Of a stretch of DNA of 64,000 bases, positions 28,180-37,918 are shown one piece after another. This DNA comes from a virus (taxonomy: Duplodnaviria > Caudoviricetes), in IMG/VR virus record IMGVR_UViG_3300043464_001162, positions 1 through 64,000 of that record; one strand, 5' to 3'. The notes beneath the pieces were generated by a model. It worked only from the letters and a program-made list of their open reading frames with translations, did no database searches and was not told the origin of the DNA. A program made the translations under genes and the position numbers. The first letter of the stretch is position 1. Every line of letters begins with the position of its first letter.

Positions 28180-31100
28180 GTTTAAGAAAAATTTATCATA
28201 TAGCGGATGTACATATCCGCAATGTGAAAAGACACAAAGAGTATAGACAGGTATTTGAATTGATGTTTGAGGAAATCCGTAAAAGAGGAACCGAAGACGC
28301 AATTATATATTTAGCAGGTGATATTGCACATGCGAAATTGGAAATGAGTCCAGAATTAGTCAACGAAATAAGTTGGTTATTCAAAGAGTGTGCTAAAACT
28401 TGTCCTACAATTCTTATTACTGGAAATCACGATTGTAATATGAACAATATGGATAGAATGGATGTTCTTACTCCTATCGTAGATGCATTGGAATTAAAAG
28501 ACTTTTATTACCTAAAAGATACACAGGTATTTTCTATTGGTGGTGTTGATTTTTCAGTATTTTCAATTTTGGATAACAAAGACAATTGGATTACTGCTGA
28601 TAAACTATTTGGTAATAAAAAAATTGCATTATTCCACGGACCTGTTGATAATTCTCAAACTGATATAGGTTATGTAGTAAGTAGTAGACATTTTACAACG
28701 GATATATTTGATGGTTTTGATTTAGCCTTATTGGGTGATATTCATAAGCGTCAGGAGATGATTTCTCCAAAAGGATGTAAGGTGGTTTATGCAGGTTCAT
28801 TGGTTCAACAAAACTTTGGTGAAACATTGGGTAGACATGGTTTTTTAGCATGGGATTTGGACACAATGACTTACGAAGAAATTGACTTACAAAATGATTA
28901 TGGTTATTATACAATGGATATTGACAATGGTAAAGTTCCAGTTGTAAATGATATGCCAAAACACCCTCGTTTAAGAGTAAGATTGTCAAACACCGATACT
29001 GCCGATACTAAAAAGGTAATTGCAGAAATCAAAATGAAATATGGTGTTGAAGATTTTACAATTATTAGAACGGACTCATTATCAAAAAAGAAAACAGGAG
29101 ATAGACAAAATAAATTAGACTTTGAAGACATTTCCGATATCAATTATCAAAACTCTTTAATCAATGAGTATGTAGAAAGGATGATGCCATTCGTTGATAA
29201 GAAAGATTTGGCAGAATTGGAAAATATTAACAGAGATGTAAATAGTAGAATTGTACATGAAGATACTTTAAGAAACATTATGTGGAAACCAATTAGATTT
29301 GAGTTTTCTAATATGTTTAGTTATGGTGAAGATAATAAAATTGACTTTAATAAGTTAAATGGGTTGATGGGATTGTTTGCACCAAACGCACAAGGTAAGT
29401 CATCTATATTTGATGCTATTTCATTTTGTCTTTATGATAAAAGTAGTAGAGCATTCAAAGCTGCTAACATTCTAAACAATCGTAAGACTGATTTTAGATG
29501 TTATTTGAATTTCCAAGTTAATGGTGTAGATTACTTTATTGAAAGAACTGCAAAAACAATTAACAAAGGTAAGAATGTAAAAGTTGATGTAAACTTTTGG
29601 TATATTGATGGTGATGAGAAAATATCTTTGAACGGAACTGAAAGGAGAGATACAAATCAGGTCATTGAACAATATGTTGGTAAGTATGAAGATTTTGTAT
29701 TGACTACATTATCTTTACAAGGTAATAACTCTATATTCATTGATAAGTCACAAAGTGAGAGGAAAGACTTACTTGCTCAATTTATGGGATTAAATGTTTT
29801 TGATAAATTATATGAAACTGCAACCGAAGATATTAAAGAAGTTTCAGTATTGATTAAGAACTTTAAGAAAACGGACTTTACAACGGAACTTGTAGATAAA
29901 GCAAATGAGTTGAAAGATAAGAAAGGTGAATTAAAAGAATTTGAGAAAGAATTGGCTAAGTTGAATGGTAATAAGGGTGGGTTAGATGGTATTATATTGG
30001 AATTAAGTAGAAACCTTACTCCAATTGACTCTAATTTGGACTTACCTAAATTGGAAGAAAAAAGAAAGGGTTTGGGTGAAGATATTCAAAACAATACAAC
30101 TTTAATTGGGACAAAAGAAACATTCATTAAAATATTAGAAGGAAAAATTGAAGAAATTTCACAATCAATAGATGAAAAGAAACAATCAAATGGTATTGAT
30201 ATAGAAATTGTCTATTCAAACTATCAACGAGAACAAAAATCTTTAATTGAAGCTACTAAAGTATATGACACTGCAAAAGTGTATTTAAGGGGTGCAGAAG
30301 AAAAGATTAAACATTTGGATAAACATGAATATGACCCAAATTGTAAATTTTGTTGTGATAACACATTTGTAAAAGATGCAATGAAGTCAAAAGAAGCATT
30401 GCCTCAATTACAAGAAATAGTTAAACAAGCAATGATTGATTGTGTTGGTATTCAACAAACCATAGATACGATGGAAGGTGTTGAGGAACAATATAATGAA
30501 TTGACCGACTTAAAAATAAAACTTGGACAATCCAAAGGTATCTTAAAAACGGCAGAGGCCGAATTGAAGGGGTTGGAAACAAAAGAAGAATTATTACAAA
30601 CTCAATTAGATAAAGTTGAAGAAGATATTGAGAAGTATTTTGAAAATGAAGAAACAATTGAAAGCAATAAAGAGTTAGAAAAACAAATCAAAGAATTAGA
30701 GGTAGAGAAACATAAAATTGAGTTGGATATTAAAGATATCAGTAAACAGATAGCTACTACAAATGGTTCTATTTCATCATTACAGACCTATATAGAGGGT
30801 ATAAAGCAGAAGATGAGTGATGTTAAGGACTTAGAAGAAAAGAACCGATTATACACCTATTATTTAGATGCTGTGAAGAGAGATGGTATTCCATATGAGT
30901 TGATTAGTAAAGCACTTCCGGTAATTGAAAATGAAATCAATAACATTCTTGCACAAGTAGTAGACTTTGGTGTGACAATGGAAATGGATGGCAAATCTAT
31001 CAATGCAAAGATTGTTTACGAAGACCAGGAATGGCCATTGGAGATGTGTAGTGGTATGGAGAAGTTTGTAAGTGGGTTGGCTATTAGAGTTGCACTTATT

Positions 31101-31319
31101 AATGTATGTAATTTGCCTCGTCCAAACTTCTTAGTGGTGGATGAAGGATTTGGAACATTAGATGCAGACAATTTATCATCTTTATTTATGATGATGCAAT
31201 ATTTGAAAACTCAATTCGATTTTATATGGATGATTTCTCACTTAGAACAAATGAGAGACATCGTAGACGGATTAATTGAAATAAAAAAAGAAAATGGATT
31301 TAGTAAGATTGATTTCTAA
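28176..31319 (+). CDS. Fused Mre11/SbcD nuclease - Rad50/SbcC ATPase
   Basis: ADVH, GD, GNHD, FHG and GDIH phosphoesterase motifs. These are followed by Walker A APNAQGKSS, Q-loop, coiled coil with CKFC hook, signature CSGME, Walker B VVDEGFGTLD and ISH. Confidence 0.92.
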   Translation: MSLRKIYHIADVHIRNVKRHKEYRQVFELMFEEIRKRGTEDAIIYLAGDIAHAKLEMSPELVNEISWLFKECAKTCPTILITGNHDCNMNNMDRMDVLTPIVDALELKDFYYLKDTQVFSIGGVDFSVFSILDNKDNWITADKLFGNKKIALFHGPVDNSQTDIGYVVSSRHFTTDIFDGFDLALLGDIHKRQEMISPKGCKVVYAGSLVQQNFGETLGRHGFLAWDLDTMTYEEIDLQNDYGYYTMDIDNGKVPVVNDMPKHPRLRVRLSNTDTADTKKVIAEIKMKYGVEDFTIIRTDSLSKKKTGDRQNKLDFEDISDINYQNSLINEYVERMMPFVDKKDLAELENINRDVNSRIVHEDTLRNIMWKPIRFEFSNMFSYGEDNKIDFNKLNGLMGLFAPNAQGKSSIFDAISFCLYDKSSRAFKAANILNNRKTDFRCYLNFQVNGVDYFIERTAKTINKGKNVKVDVNFWYIDGDEKISLNGTERRDTNQVIEQYVGKYEDFVLTTLSLQGNNSIFIDKSQSERKDLLAQFMGLNVFDKLYETATEDIKEVSVLIKNFKKTDFTTELVDKANELKDKKGELKEFEKELAKLNGNKGGLDGIILELSRNLTPIDSNLDLPKLEEKRKGLGEDIQNNTTLIGTKETFIKILEGKIEEISQSIDEKKQSNGIDIEIVYSNYQREQKSLIEATKVYDTAKVYLRGAEEKIKHLDKHEYDPNCKFCCDNTFVKDAMKSKEALPQLQEIVKQAMIDCVGIQQTIDTMEGVEEQYNELTDLKIKLGQSKGILKTAEAELKGLETKEELLQTQLDKVEEDIEKYFENEETIESNKELEKQIKELEVEKHKIELDIKDISKQIATTNGSISSLQTYIEGIKQKMSDVKDLEEKNRLYTYYLDAVKRDGIPYELISKALPVIENEINNILAQVVDFGVTMEMDGKSINAKIVYEDQEWPLEMCSGMEKFVSGLAIRVALINVCNLPRPNFLVVDEGFGTLDADNLSSLFMMMQYLKTQFDFIWMISHLEQMRDIVDGLIEIKKENGFSKIDF

Positions 31320-31485
31320 GAACCATCTTATCAGCCTTCAACACACTTGATTGTGGTTTTGAGACACCAATGTGTTTCTTAATTAGATTTTCAACTAGAC
31401 TACCCATTTTAAACCCGTGTTCTTCACAATATTCTTTGAGAAGTTCATGGGTTTCTTTTTTGATTTGTAACATTGCGTATTTCAT
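31300..31485 (-). CDS. Ribbon-helix-helix-like DNA-binding protein
   Basis: MKYAMLQIKKETHELLKEYCEEHGFKMGSLVENLIKKHI fits a beta-strand/helix/G-turn/helix pattern. It has its own upstream motif on the minus strand. Confidence 0.7.
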   Translation of the reverse strand: MKYAMLQIKKETHELLKEYCEEHGFKMGSLVENLIKKHIGVSKPQSSVLKADKMVLRNQSY

Positions 31486-31492
31486 AACTTAT

Positions 31493-31530
31493 TTAGTTTT
31501 CTTTAGTTTTTTAAAGACTTTATTAGTTTT
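31493..31530. repeat. Helically phased direct repeats (TTAGTTTT x3), putative operator
   Basis: TTAGTTTT at 31493, 31503 and 31523 (10 and 20 bp apart); TTAGTTTTCTTTA occurs twice. Confidence 0.6.
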
Positions 31531-31535
31531 CTTTA

Positions 31536-31544
31536 TATAAATAT
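31536..31544 (-). promoter_or_regulatory. Putative late promoter ATATTTATA (minus strand) for the RHH gene
   Basis: TATAAATAT on the + strand is the motif in reverse orientation, facing the only minus-strand gene. Confidence 0.55.
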
Positions 31545-31565
31545 GAGATAATAATTTTTTTGAAG

Positions 31566-31574
31566 ATATTTATA
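31566..31574 (+). promoter_or_regulatory. Putative late promoter ATATTTATA for the tail fibre
   Basis: 12 nt before the ATG at 31587; divergent from the copy at 31536. Confidence 0.55.
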
Positions 31575-31586
31575 GAAAAGATTTAA

Positions 31587-34500
31587 ATGGCTGTTATAAA
31601 GAAAACCTTATTTCCAAAAAATTTAGAAAAGTTTGCAGTATTAGTAAACGATACACAGGCTGATAGTAAATATTTTAAAATAACAGAATTACCTGACACA
31701 TTTACAGGTGGTAAGAATGCATTCTTAATAGCGGGTTCAGAATATTTGGTTCCTGATACTAAAATACAAATTGAATTAAAAGACTCAGCTGGTAATGTAA
31801 TTTATCACGAACCAGGTGAGGGTTTAATTTCATCATCGGTTAATGGTGAGTCATTTATAACGGAATATTATGAAGGTGTTTCTAAGGTCGTTGCAGTATA
31901 TGTTTATCCGGATACTGCATATGGCCCTTGTACACTTACTATATTAGGTGAATTGAGTGAATACGAAGATGCAAATGGTCTTACACTTCCCGTACCTTTG
32001 GATTGGGAGAATAAGTATAATGTAAAATGGCAAAAGCAAATTGATGTAAACCCATCTCTTGCAAATACCACTAAGATTAGATTTTATAAAAGACCAATTG
32101 CAAGTATTACCGAATTGTTAGAACCGGTTTATAGAATAGAAAGTGGTTCTAAGGTAAGTTCAGGAATAAATCAATCGTTTGCAAACATAAAAATTTCACA
32201 ATTAGAAACATTTGCGGGAGATGTGAAAAGAGTAAAAGTATTTAGAACTTCGTTGGGTGATATATCCGATTTTAGTTTGATACAAGATATATTGGTTGAG
32301 TCAAAAGAATTATTAACTACATTTGCATTATCTGGAAGTGTTATTGGAAATACAGGAACATTTACATCGGAAACCTTTAAAAACTTTTGGAATACCGGTT
32401 CATTGAATGTACAATTGTCAAATAGTAGAGTTGAAAATGGTATAAAGATGAATGGTAGCGGAAAATTAACATACACATCATCTTTAGATTTAAAAAGTGC
32501 AAATACATATGAATTAAATTTAGATGCATTTTATTCGGCATCCACATCTAGTAATTTGGGGATATATTTAAGTTATGTTTCTCAATCTACAACATTTACA
32601 AGTAGTCTTGCAACATTAACAGGAACACAACCAACTAAAAATTTATTAGACACTACTATACCATTTAAAATTGATAGAGATTATCCATCTGCAAGTTTAT
32701 ACTTTTCACAATCACAGGGTGAGTGGCATTTAGGAAATATTAGTTTACGATTATCACAAGATACTGCATTTTCTCCTGATGAGATTTCTTTTATAACTCC
32801 AATGCCTACGGTAATTGGTAATGAAGATTTTAATTTTAAGTTTGAATTTTTTGATGTTAATAATAACTATGTACCTGTATTTGTTACACAAAGTGCAAAT
32901 TTTACAGGTGGTTCAAATACAATTACAAAATTATTAACTTTTGAGTCCGATAGAACTGCATTTAGATTTTCATCTGGGTCTTTTGCAAATCCACCAAATC
33001 AATCGGTAAGATTTAAAACTATAAGAACTAATTTTACAGGTTCCATAACATATGCATCATCTGCATTTGATGTTGGTGGTAATTATATTCAACCATCAAC
33101 TTACGCCGGTGCATATCCAGGTGCATTTGTATCTCAAAATGATAATGGTGCACTTTTAAATATAGCCAGTTTTAGTGGAAGTGTTGCAAGTGTATTAGTT
33201 GGTTCAATTGTTTATACAGCATCATGTGAAGGATTTCAGGAATTTGAAACAATTTATAGATTTGAAGATGGGGATAATGCTCCGGGTGTATTCGTAACTG
33301 CAAATACAAATCAATTTATTTATAAAGCAACCGATTTATCTTTAAACCCAACAGGACAGGTTATTACAATAGAGGCTAAAAGAAAAAATTTGGCATCGGC
33401 AACTACACCTTTAACTGTAAATTCTGGAAGTGGTAAACCACCATTAACATTGGTATCTACGAATGCAACCAATGGTGTGGATACTTATACGATATCTGGA
33501 ACTTCATATCCATATTCAACTGGTGAGACAATTTATTCTATTTCTGGTTCCGACCAATTTGGTAATGTATTTTCCGATGCAATCAAAATAAGTCCTGTAA
33601 AAATATTGGATGGATTATCCGTATCTTTGACAAACGATAATGCATCACTACCGGCACGTTCTACTGGATTTGTAGAAAGTGGTTCTTTCGTATTGAGTAG
33701 TGGTTCAGTTAGTGTTAAAGTTGGTAATGAAATTATAGCACATAGTAATGGATTAACTGCAAATAATAGATTTGATGTTATATCGGCTGTTGCAACAAAT
33801 GTTCAAACTGGTTCATTGAATTATTCAACAACCGATTATTTCATAACAAGATTAGATGCTGATAGTGGTTCTTTGAATTTGACTATACGATATAAAGATG
33901 GTGCAGGTGATACATCTGATACAACAAAATTAGTAACATATACTAAATCAAAAGTAGGAACTCCAAATGTTGTTGTCGCAGTATCTCCATCCGCACAATC
34001 AATATCTTCAAATTCACGAGGTAGCGGTTCTGCATCACCTACAACTTTGACAATAACGGCATTGGAAGGTAATACTAGTCGTTTCACATCAATAGGTACT
34101 CCAACATATACAAACGGATTGGCAGGTACAGTTTCGACCAATACCATAACATTTACATCAACGGCTTCTTCGATGTTTTCCGATACGGGTCAAGTAACAA
34201 TACCTGTTAATTATACAGATAGTGAAGGAGTATCGGGTACTAAAAATATAATTGCAACTGTTTCAAAATCAAAAACGGCAGTTCCAAATGTAGTTATATC
34301 TGCAACTCCACAAGCACAATCGGTATTAGCAAATGCATCTGGTGTTCAAACTGGAATTTTGTCAAATGTGACAGTATCTGCATTAGAAGGAACTACGAGT
34401 AGATTCACATCTATGACTGCAACTTATACCGGATTTTCTACTAACCCAACAATTAGTGGTGCAACATTAACAATGACATCTGCGGTAATGAATGCAGCTG

Positions 34501-36137
34501 AAGCATCTGCTACAATTGTTGTAACACATAGTGATAGTGAAGGTACTACTGGTCAAACACAAACGATTGTAGTAAGATTTACAAAAGTGAATACGGGAGC
34601 TGCAGGGACACCTGGTTTGGATGGTGCAGATGGTGGTACAGGACCAGGTGTAGTTTATAGAGGAGATTGGGCACCAAATACGGCATATTTTTCATCATCC
34701 GTTAGAATAGATGTTGTACGAGGTAGTAATTCACAATACTATTTAACAAAAGTAGGACACACATCTACTGCAGATGGTGCAGTGGATAAACCAATAACTG
34801 GTACATCATATTTAAATCAATGGAGTTCATTTGGTGCAACATTTAGTTCGGTTGCAACAGATATCCTTTTGGCACAAGATGCAACTATTACAAGAGGTTT
34901 AGTAATGGGAACATATGGTGTAAGTGATAAAGGATTTATTAGAAGTGCAAACGCAACTGCATTGATGGCCGGGAAAGGATATTACTTAGATACAACGGGT
35001 AGTATGAGATTTGGTGACCCGTCTGGTGCATATATTAAATTTACTGAGTCCGAAGGTGTTACAATAGCAGGAAGTGTTTCAATTTCAGGAACTGCAACTA
35101 TTGGTGGTACATCTGCAACAACCGTTAAAGATGGTGCTGCAGCAGGTGCAACTGCTCAACAAAATAATTCGAACAAAACTGCGGGTCAGGTTGGTGGTTG
35201 GAAAATAGATAGTGATTCAATATTTAGTGGAACAAAAGATACATCTGGATATTCAACAGCAGGTATAACTTTATATAGTGGTGGTTCCATACATGCACCT
35301 CAATTCTACATTGATACATCAGGTAATGCATTTTTCAAAGGAGATATTACGGGTGCAAGTGGTACATTTAGTGGAACATTAAGTGGTGCTACTATAACAG
35401 GTGGTACTATTAATATCGGCCCTAATAAATTTCAAGTAGATAGTAGTGGTAATGTTAGTATATCCGGTAATACTACCATAGGTGGAACTTTAAATTACTC
35501 TGGTCAAAATAATATCATAGGATATCACTATATAAATGGTGGTACATGTACATCACCATCATTTTTTTTAGAACCTGGTTCGGATTTTAGATTTATTGAC
35601 CAAAAAAATAGTAGTTTACTTGGTGCTATAAGAGGATATACTATTGTAACAAATTGTGGAGTACCTGGATTAGAAACAACAAGTAGGACAATCGTAAGTA
35701 TAGCAGAAAATGGGTTTTCGTGGGGTAAAATAAATGGAGATACATGGGCAACATTAGATGGAACGGAATTGCGTGTTCTTGGTGATGTAGTTGCAAATAC
35801 GTCCGATAAAAGATTAAAAACAAACATAATTAACATAGATTCACCTTTGGAAAAATTATCTAAAATAAATGGTGTATACTTTAATTGGAACGAAACAGCT
35901 AAAGAACTAAATCAAAAAAATACAAATAAAAGAGAAGTTGGATTTATTGCACAAGAAGTTCAAGAGGTTATGCCTGAAATCGTTTCACTTGCACCATTTG
36001 ATACAATAAATCATACCAACCAAAGTAAATCGGGTGAAAATTATCTAACAATTCAATATGAAAAAATAGTTCCATTATTAGTGGAATCTATTAAAGAATT
36101 AAAAAAAGAAATCGAAGAATTAAAAAAGAATAAATAA
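31587..36137 (+). CDS. Long tail fibre with C-terminal peptidase S74 intramolecular chaperone
   Basis: S/T/G-rich beta repeats and a short G-X-Y stretch. SDKRLKTNI...GFIAQEV...YEKIVPLLVESIKEL S74 signature starts at about 35802. Confidence 0.88.
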   Translation: MAVIKKTLFPKNLEKFAVLVNDTQADSKYFKITELPDTFTGGKNAFLIAGSEYLVPDTKIQIELKDSAGNVIYHEPGEGLISSSVNGESFITEYYEGVSKVVAVYVYPDTAYGPCTLTILGELSEYEDANGLTLPVPLDWENKYNVKWQKQIDVNPSLANTTKIRFYKRPIASITELLEPVYRIESGSKVSSGINQSFANIKISQLETFAGDVKRVKVFRTSLGDISDFSLIQDILVESKELLTTFALSGSVIGNTGTFTSETFKNFWNTGSLNVQLSNSRVENGIKMNGSGKLTYTSSLDLKSANTYELNLDAFYSASTSSNLGIYLSYVSQSTTFTSSLATLTGTQPTKNLLDTTIPFKIDRDYPSASLYFSQSQGEWHLGNISLRLSQDTAFSPDEISFITPMPTVIGNEDFNFKFEFFDVNNNYVPVFVTQSANFTGGSNTITKLLTFESDRTAFRFSSGSFANPPNQSVRFKTIRTNFTGSITYASSAFDVGGNYIQPSTYAGAYPGAFVSQNDNGALLNIASFSGSVASVLVGSIVYTASCEGFQEFETIYRFEDGDNAPGVFVTANTNQFIYKATDLSLNPTGQVITIEAKRKNLASATTPLTVNSGSGKPPLTLVSTNATNGVDTYTISGTSYPYSTGETIYSISGSDQFGNVFSDAIKISPVKILDGLSVSLTNDNASLPARSTGFVESGSFVLSSGSVSVKVGNEIIAHSNGLTANNRFDVISAVATNVQTGSLNYSTTDYFITRLDADSGSLNLTIRYKDGAGDTSDTTKLVTYTKSKVGTPNVVVAVSPSAQSISSNSRGSGSASPTTLTITALEGNTSRFTSIGTPTYTNGLAGTVSTNTITFTSTASSMFSDTGQVTIPVNYTDSEGVSGTKNIIATVSKSKTAVPNVVISATPQAQSVLANASGVQTGILSNVTVSALEGTTSRFTSMTATYTGFSTNPTISGATLTMTSAVMNAAEASATIVVTHSDSEGTTGQTQTIVVRFTKVNTGAAGTPGLDGADGGTGPGVVYRGDWAPNTAYFSSSVRIDVVRGSNSQYYLTKVGHTSTADGAVDKPITGTSYLNQWSSFGATFSSVATDILLAQDATITRGLVMGTYGVSDKGFIRSANATALMAGKGYYLDTTGSMRFGDPSGAYIKFTESEGVTIAGSVSISGTATIGGTSATTVKDGAAAGATAQQNNSNKTAGQVGGWKIDSDSIFSGTKDTSGYSTAGITLYSGGSIHAPQFYIDTSGNAFFKGDITGASGTFSGTLSGATITGGTINIGPNKFQVDSSGNVSISGNTTIGGTLNYSGQNNIIGYHYINGGTCTSPSFFLEPGSDFRFIDQKNSSLLGAIRGYTIVTNCGVPGLETTSRTIVSIAENGFSWGKINGDTWATLDGTELRVLGDVVANTSDKRLKTNIINIDSPLEKLSKINGVYFNWNETAKELNQKNTNKREVGFIAQEVQEVMPEIVSLAPFDTINHTNQSKSGENYLTIQYEKIVPLLVESIKELKKEIEELKKNK
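33940..34595 (+). repeat. Two tandem ~108-aa Ig-like repeats inside the tail fibre
   Basis: KSK..PNVV....P.AQS...N..G...ALEG.TSRFTS...TYT...DSEG..G occurs twice. Confidence 0.75.
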
Positions 36138-36138
36138 T

Positions 36139-36621
36139 ATGTATACAAATTTAATAGAAAACTTTCTAACAATAGAGGAGTGTAATTTTATAATAAATCA
36201 ATATAAATTTAATTCACAACCAGTATTTAACTCAATAAATGTTATAGAAAGAAGGTGTACGTTTGTAGAATCAATACAATTTGATATTGAAAATAAAATA
36301 ATTAATAAATTAAATGAATTAGATATATTTGATAAACAATATACTAATATACAATATTTTGTATTTAATTCTTATGATATTGACAATGAATTAGAATTAC
36401 ATCCAGATAGTAGTGAAGTTGCAAGAGGTGGAACTATTACTATTATTATTCAATTAAATGAAGAGTATGATGGTGGTGATTTTTACTATTTACTAAATGA
36501 TGTAGAAATTATGTTACCCAAAAAACAGGGAAGTATATTTATTTTTGATTCAAATATTTTACATGGAGTTAAAAAATTAACCGATGGAAAAAGATATTCA
36601 TTAAATTGTTGGCCTAAATAA
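36139..36621 (+). CDS. 2OG-Fe(II) oxygenase, prolyl-4-hydroxylase-like
   Basis: IENFLTIEEC, HPD, LNEEYDGGDF, LHGV and GKRYSLNCW motifs. Confidence 0.85.
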   Translation: MYTNLIENFLTIEECNFIINQYKFNSQPVFNSINVIERRCTFVESIQFDIENKIINKLNELDIFDKQYTNIQYFVFNSYDIDNELELHPDSSEVARGGTITIIIQLNEEYDGGDFYYLLNDVEIMLPKKQGSIFIFDSNILHGVKKLTDGKRYSLNCWPK

Positions 36622-36629
36622 AATAATAT

Positions 36630-37325
36630 ATGGCGTTACAAAGTACCGGACCTATATCGATGTCACAAATTAAAGCTGAATTGGGTTCTACATCTAATAT
36701 ATTAAGAGTATATTCCGAAGCTGCTGGAAAAACTGCACCACATGGTATGAAAGAATTTTTAGGATATAGTAAACCCGGCCCTCCTCCTCCACCACCGCCT
36801 CCTCCGCCACCACCACCTCCACCGGCTCCGACATATTATTCATTTCCAGCTATTCGTAGTACAACAAGTGCACAGGATGCATGTGATTCATTAGGCCCTA
36901 TTATCACTATTTATAGTACCTGTCAAACTTTGATTGCAAATTGTATATTATATACATATTTTGATGCAGAACCAGAGCTATTAAGAACTGTTCTATCTGG
37001 TTGGTATTCAATAGGGGACAATTGGTATTATGTTAATAATAATTCAGGAACTATTAATAGTACAGGAACATGTGATGGTGGTACATCACCTGAATGTGAA
37101 TGTTATAGGGTTACTAATGAGGGTGGACGTAACGATGGTGGTATAACATTCACATATAATAGATGTTCGGATGGTATTTTAGACGAATTGACTGTTGGAC
37201 CAGGGTCTTCTAGAACAGTATGTGTGCAAAATGGTACAGATATAAACTCTGATTCTGGATTAATGACAGTATCATCTTGTCCAGACCCATGTACTACAAA
37301 TGGTGATTGTGTGGAGTGTGCATAA
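36630..37325 (+). CDS. Putative tail-fibre tip/adhesin with Pro15 linker and Cys-rich C-terminus
   Basis: MALQSTGPISMSQIKAELG N-terminus, typical of small proteins encoded after S74 fibres; 15 consecutive Pro; 12 Cys. Confidence 0.6.
   Translation: MALQSTGPISMSQIKAELGSTSNILRVYSEAAGKTAPHGMKEFLGYSKPGPPPPPPPPPPPPPPPAPTYYSFPAIRSTTSAQDACDSLGPIITIYSTCQTLIANCILYTYFDAEPELLRTVLSGWYSIGDNWYYVNNNSGTINSTGTCDGGTSPECECYRVTNEGGRNDGGITFTYNRCSDGILDELTVGPGSSRTVCVQNGTDINSDSGLMTVSSCPDPCTTNGDCVECA
36780..36824 (+). repeat. Polyproline (CCN)15 tract
   Basis: Mixed CCT/CCA/CCG codons, forming a GC-rich island. Confidence 0.95.
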
Positions 37326-37335
37326 TAAATAAATT

Positions 37336-37911
37336 ATGATTATAAAAGAAAATTTAATTTTTAAGTACGATAATATTATATCAAGTTTAGAGTGTGATAC
37401 TATTTTTAATTACTATAAAAATAATCATAGTAATGGTATAAATGATATTCATATTTTACCTTGGTTTGAAGAAAACACTTTGTATTGGAATCTTTTAAAA
37501 AATACCGAAATTAAAAATGAAATAGGTAAATGTAGAGAAATTATAACAAATTTAATAAAAAAATCGTATGGTGTAAATGTATTCCCAAATGTTACCACAT
37601 TAGTAATGTGGAAGGAAGGTAAATCAATGGCAATTCATAAAGATAATGGATATGACAATGACAAACATATTTTACATATGAGAACCTTCACTGCAGTGAT
37701 GTATATTAATGATGATTTTGAAGGAGGTGAAACTATAATAATGAAAGAAAACTCAAATGAAATAGAATATGAATGTACACCACAAAAAGGTTCAGTTTTA
37801 ATATTTAAAAGTGATGAGAGTTGTTTGCATGGGGTAAAAATGATTGAAAAAGGTGAAAGATTAACATTATCAATGTGGTTTACAATGGATAAACAATATT
37901 TAGAAAATTAA
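37336..37911 (+). CDS. 2OG-Fe(II) oxygenase, prolyl-hydroxylase-like
   Basis: HKDN, YINDDFEGGE, LHGV and GERLTLSMWFT motifs. Confidence 0.85.
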   Translation: MIIKENLIFKYDNIISSLECDTIFNYYKNNHSNGINDIHILPWFEENTLYWNLLKNTEIKNEIGKCREIITNLIKKSYGVNVFPNVTTLVMWKEGKSMAIHKDNGYDNDKHILHMRTFTAVMYINDDFEGGETIIMKENSNEIEYECTPQKGSVLIFKSDESCLHGVKMIEKGERLTLSMWFTMDKQYLEN

Positions 37912-37918
37912 ATAAGTT

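Noticed and set aside
36780-36824. Polyproline tract as a phase-variable microsatellite or assembly artefact
   Set aside because: The codons are mixed (CCT/CCA/CCG), not a pure repeat, and the reading frame is preserved.
31587-37325. Diversity-generating retroelement or invertible cassette acting on the tail fibre
   Set aside because: No reverse transcriptase, recombinase, near-identical TR/VR pair or flanking inverted repeats were seen. The internal fibre repeats are diverged at all base types.
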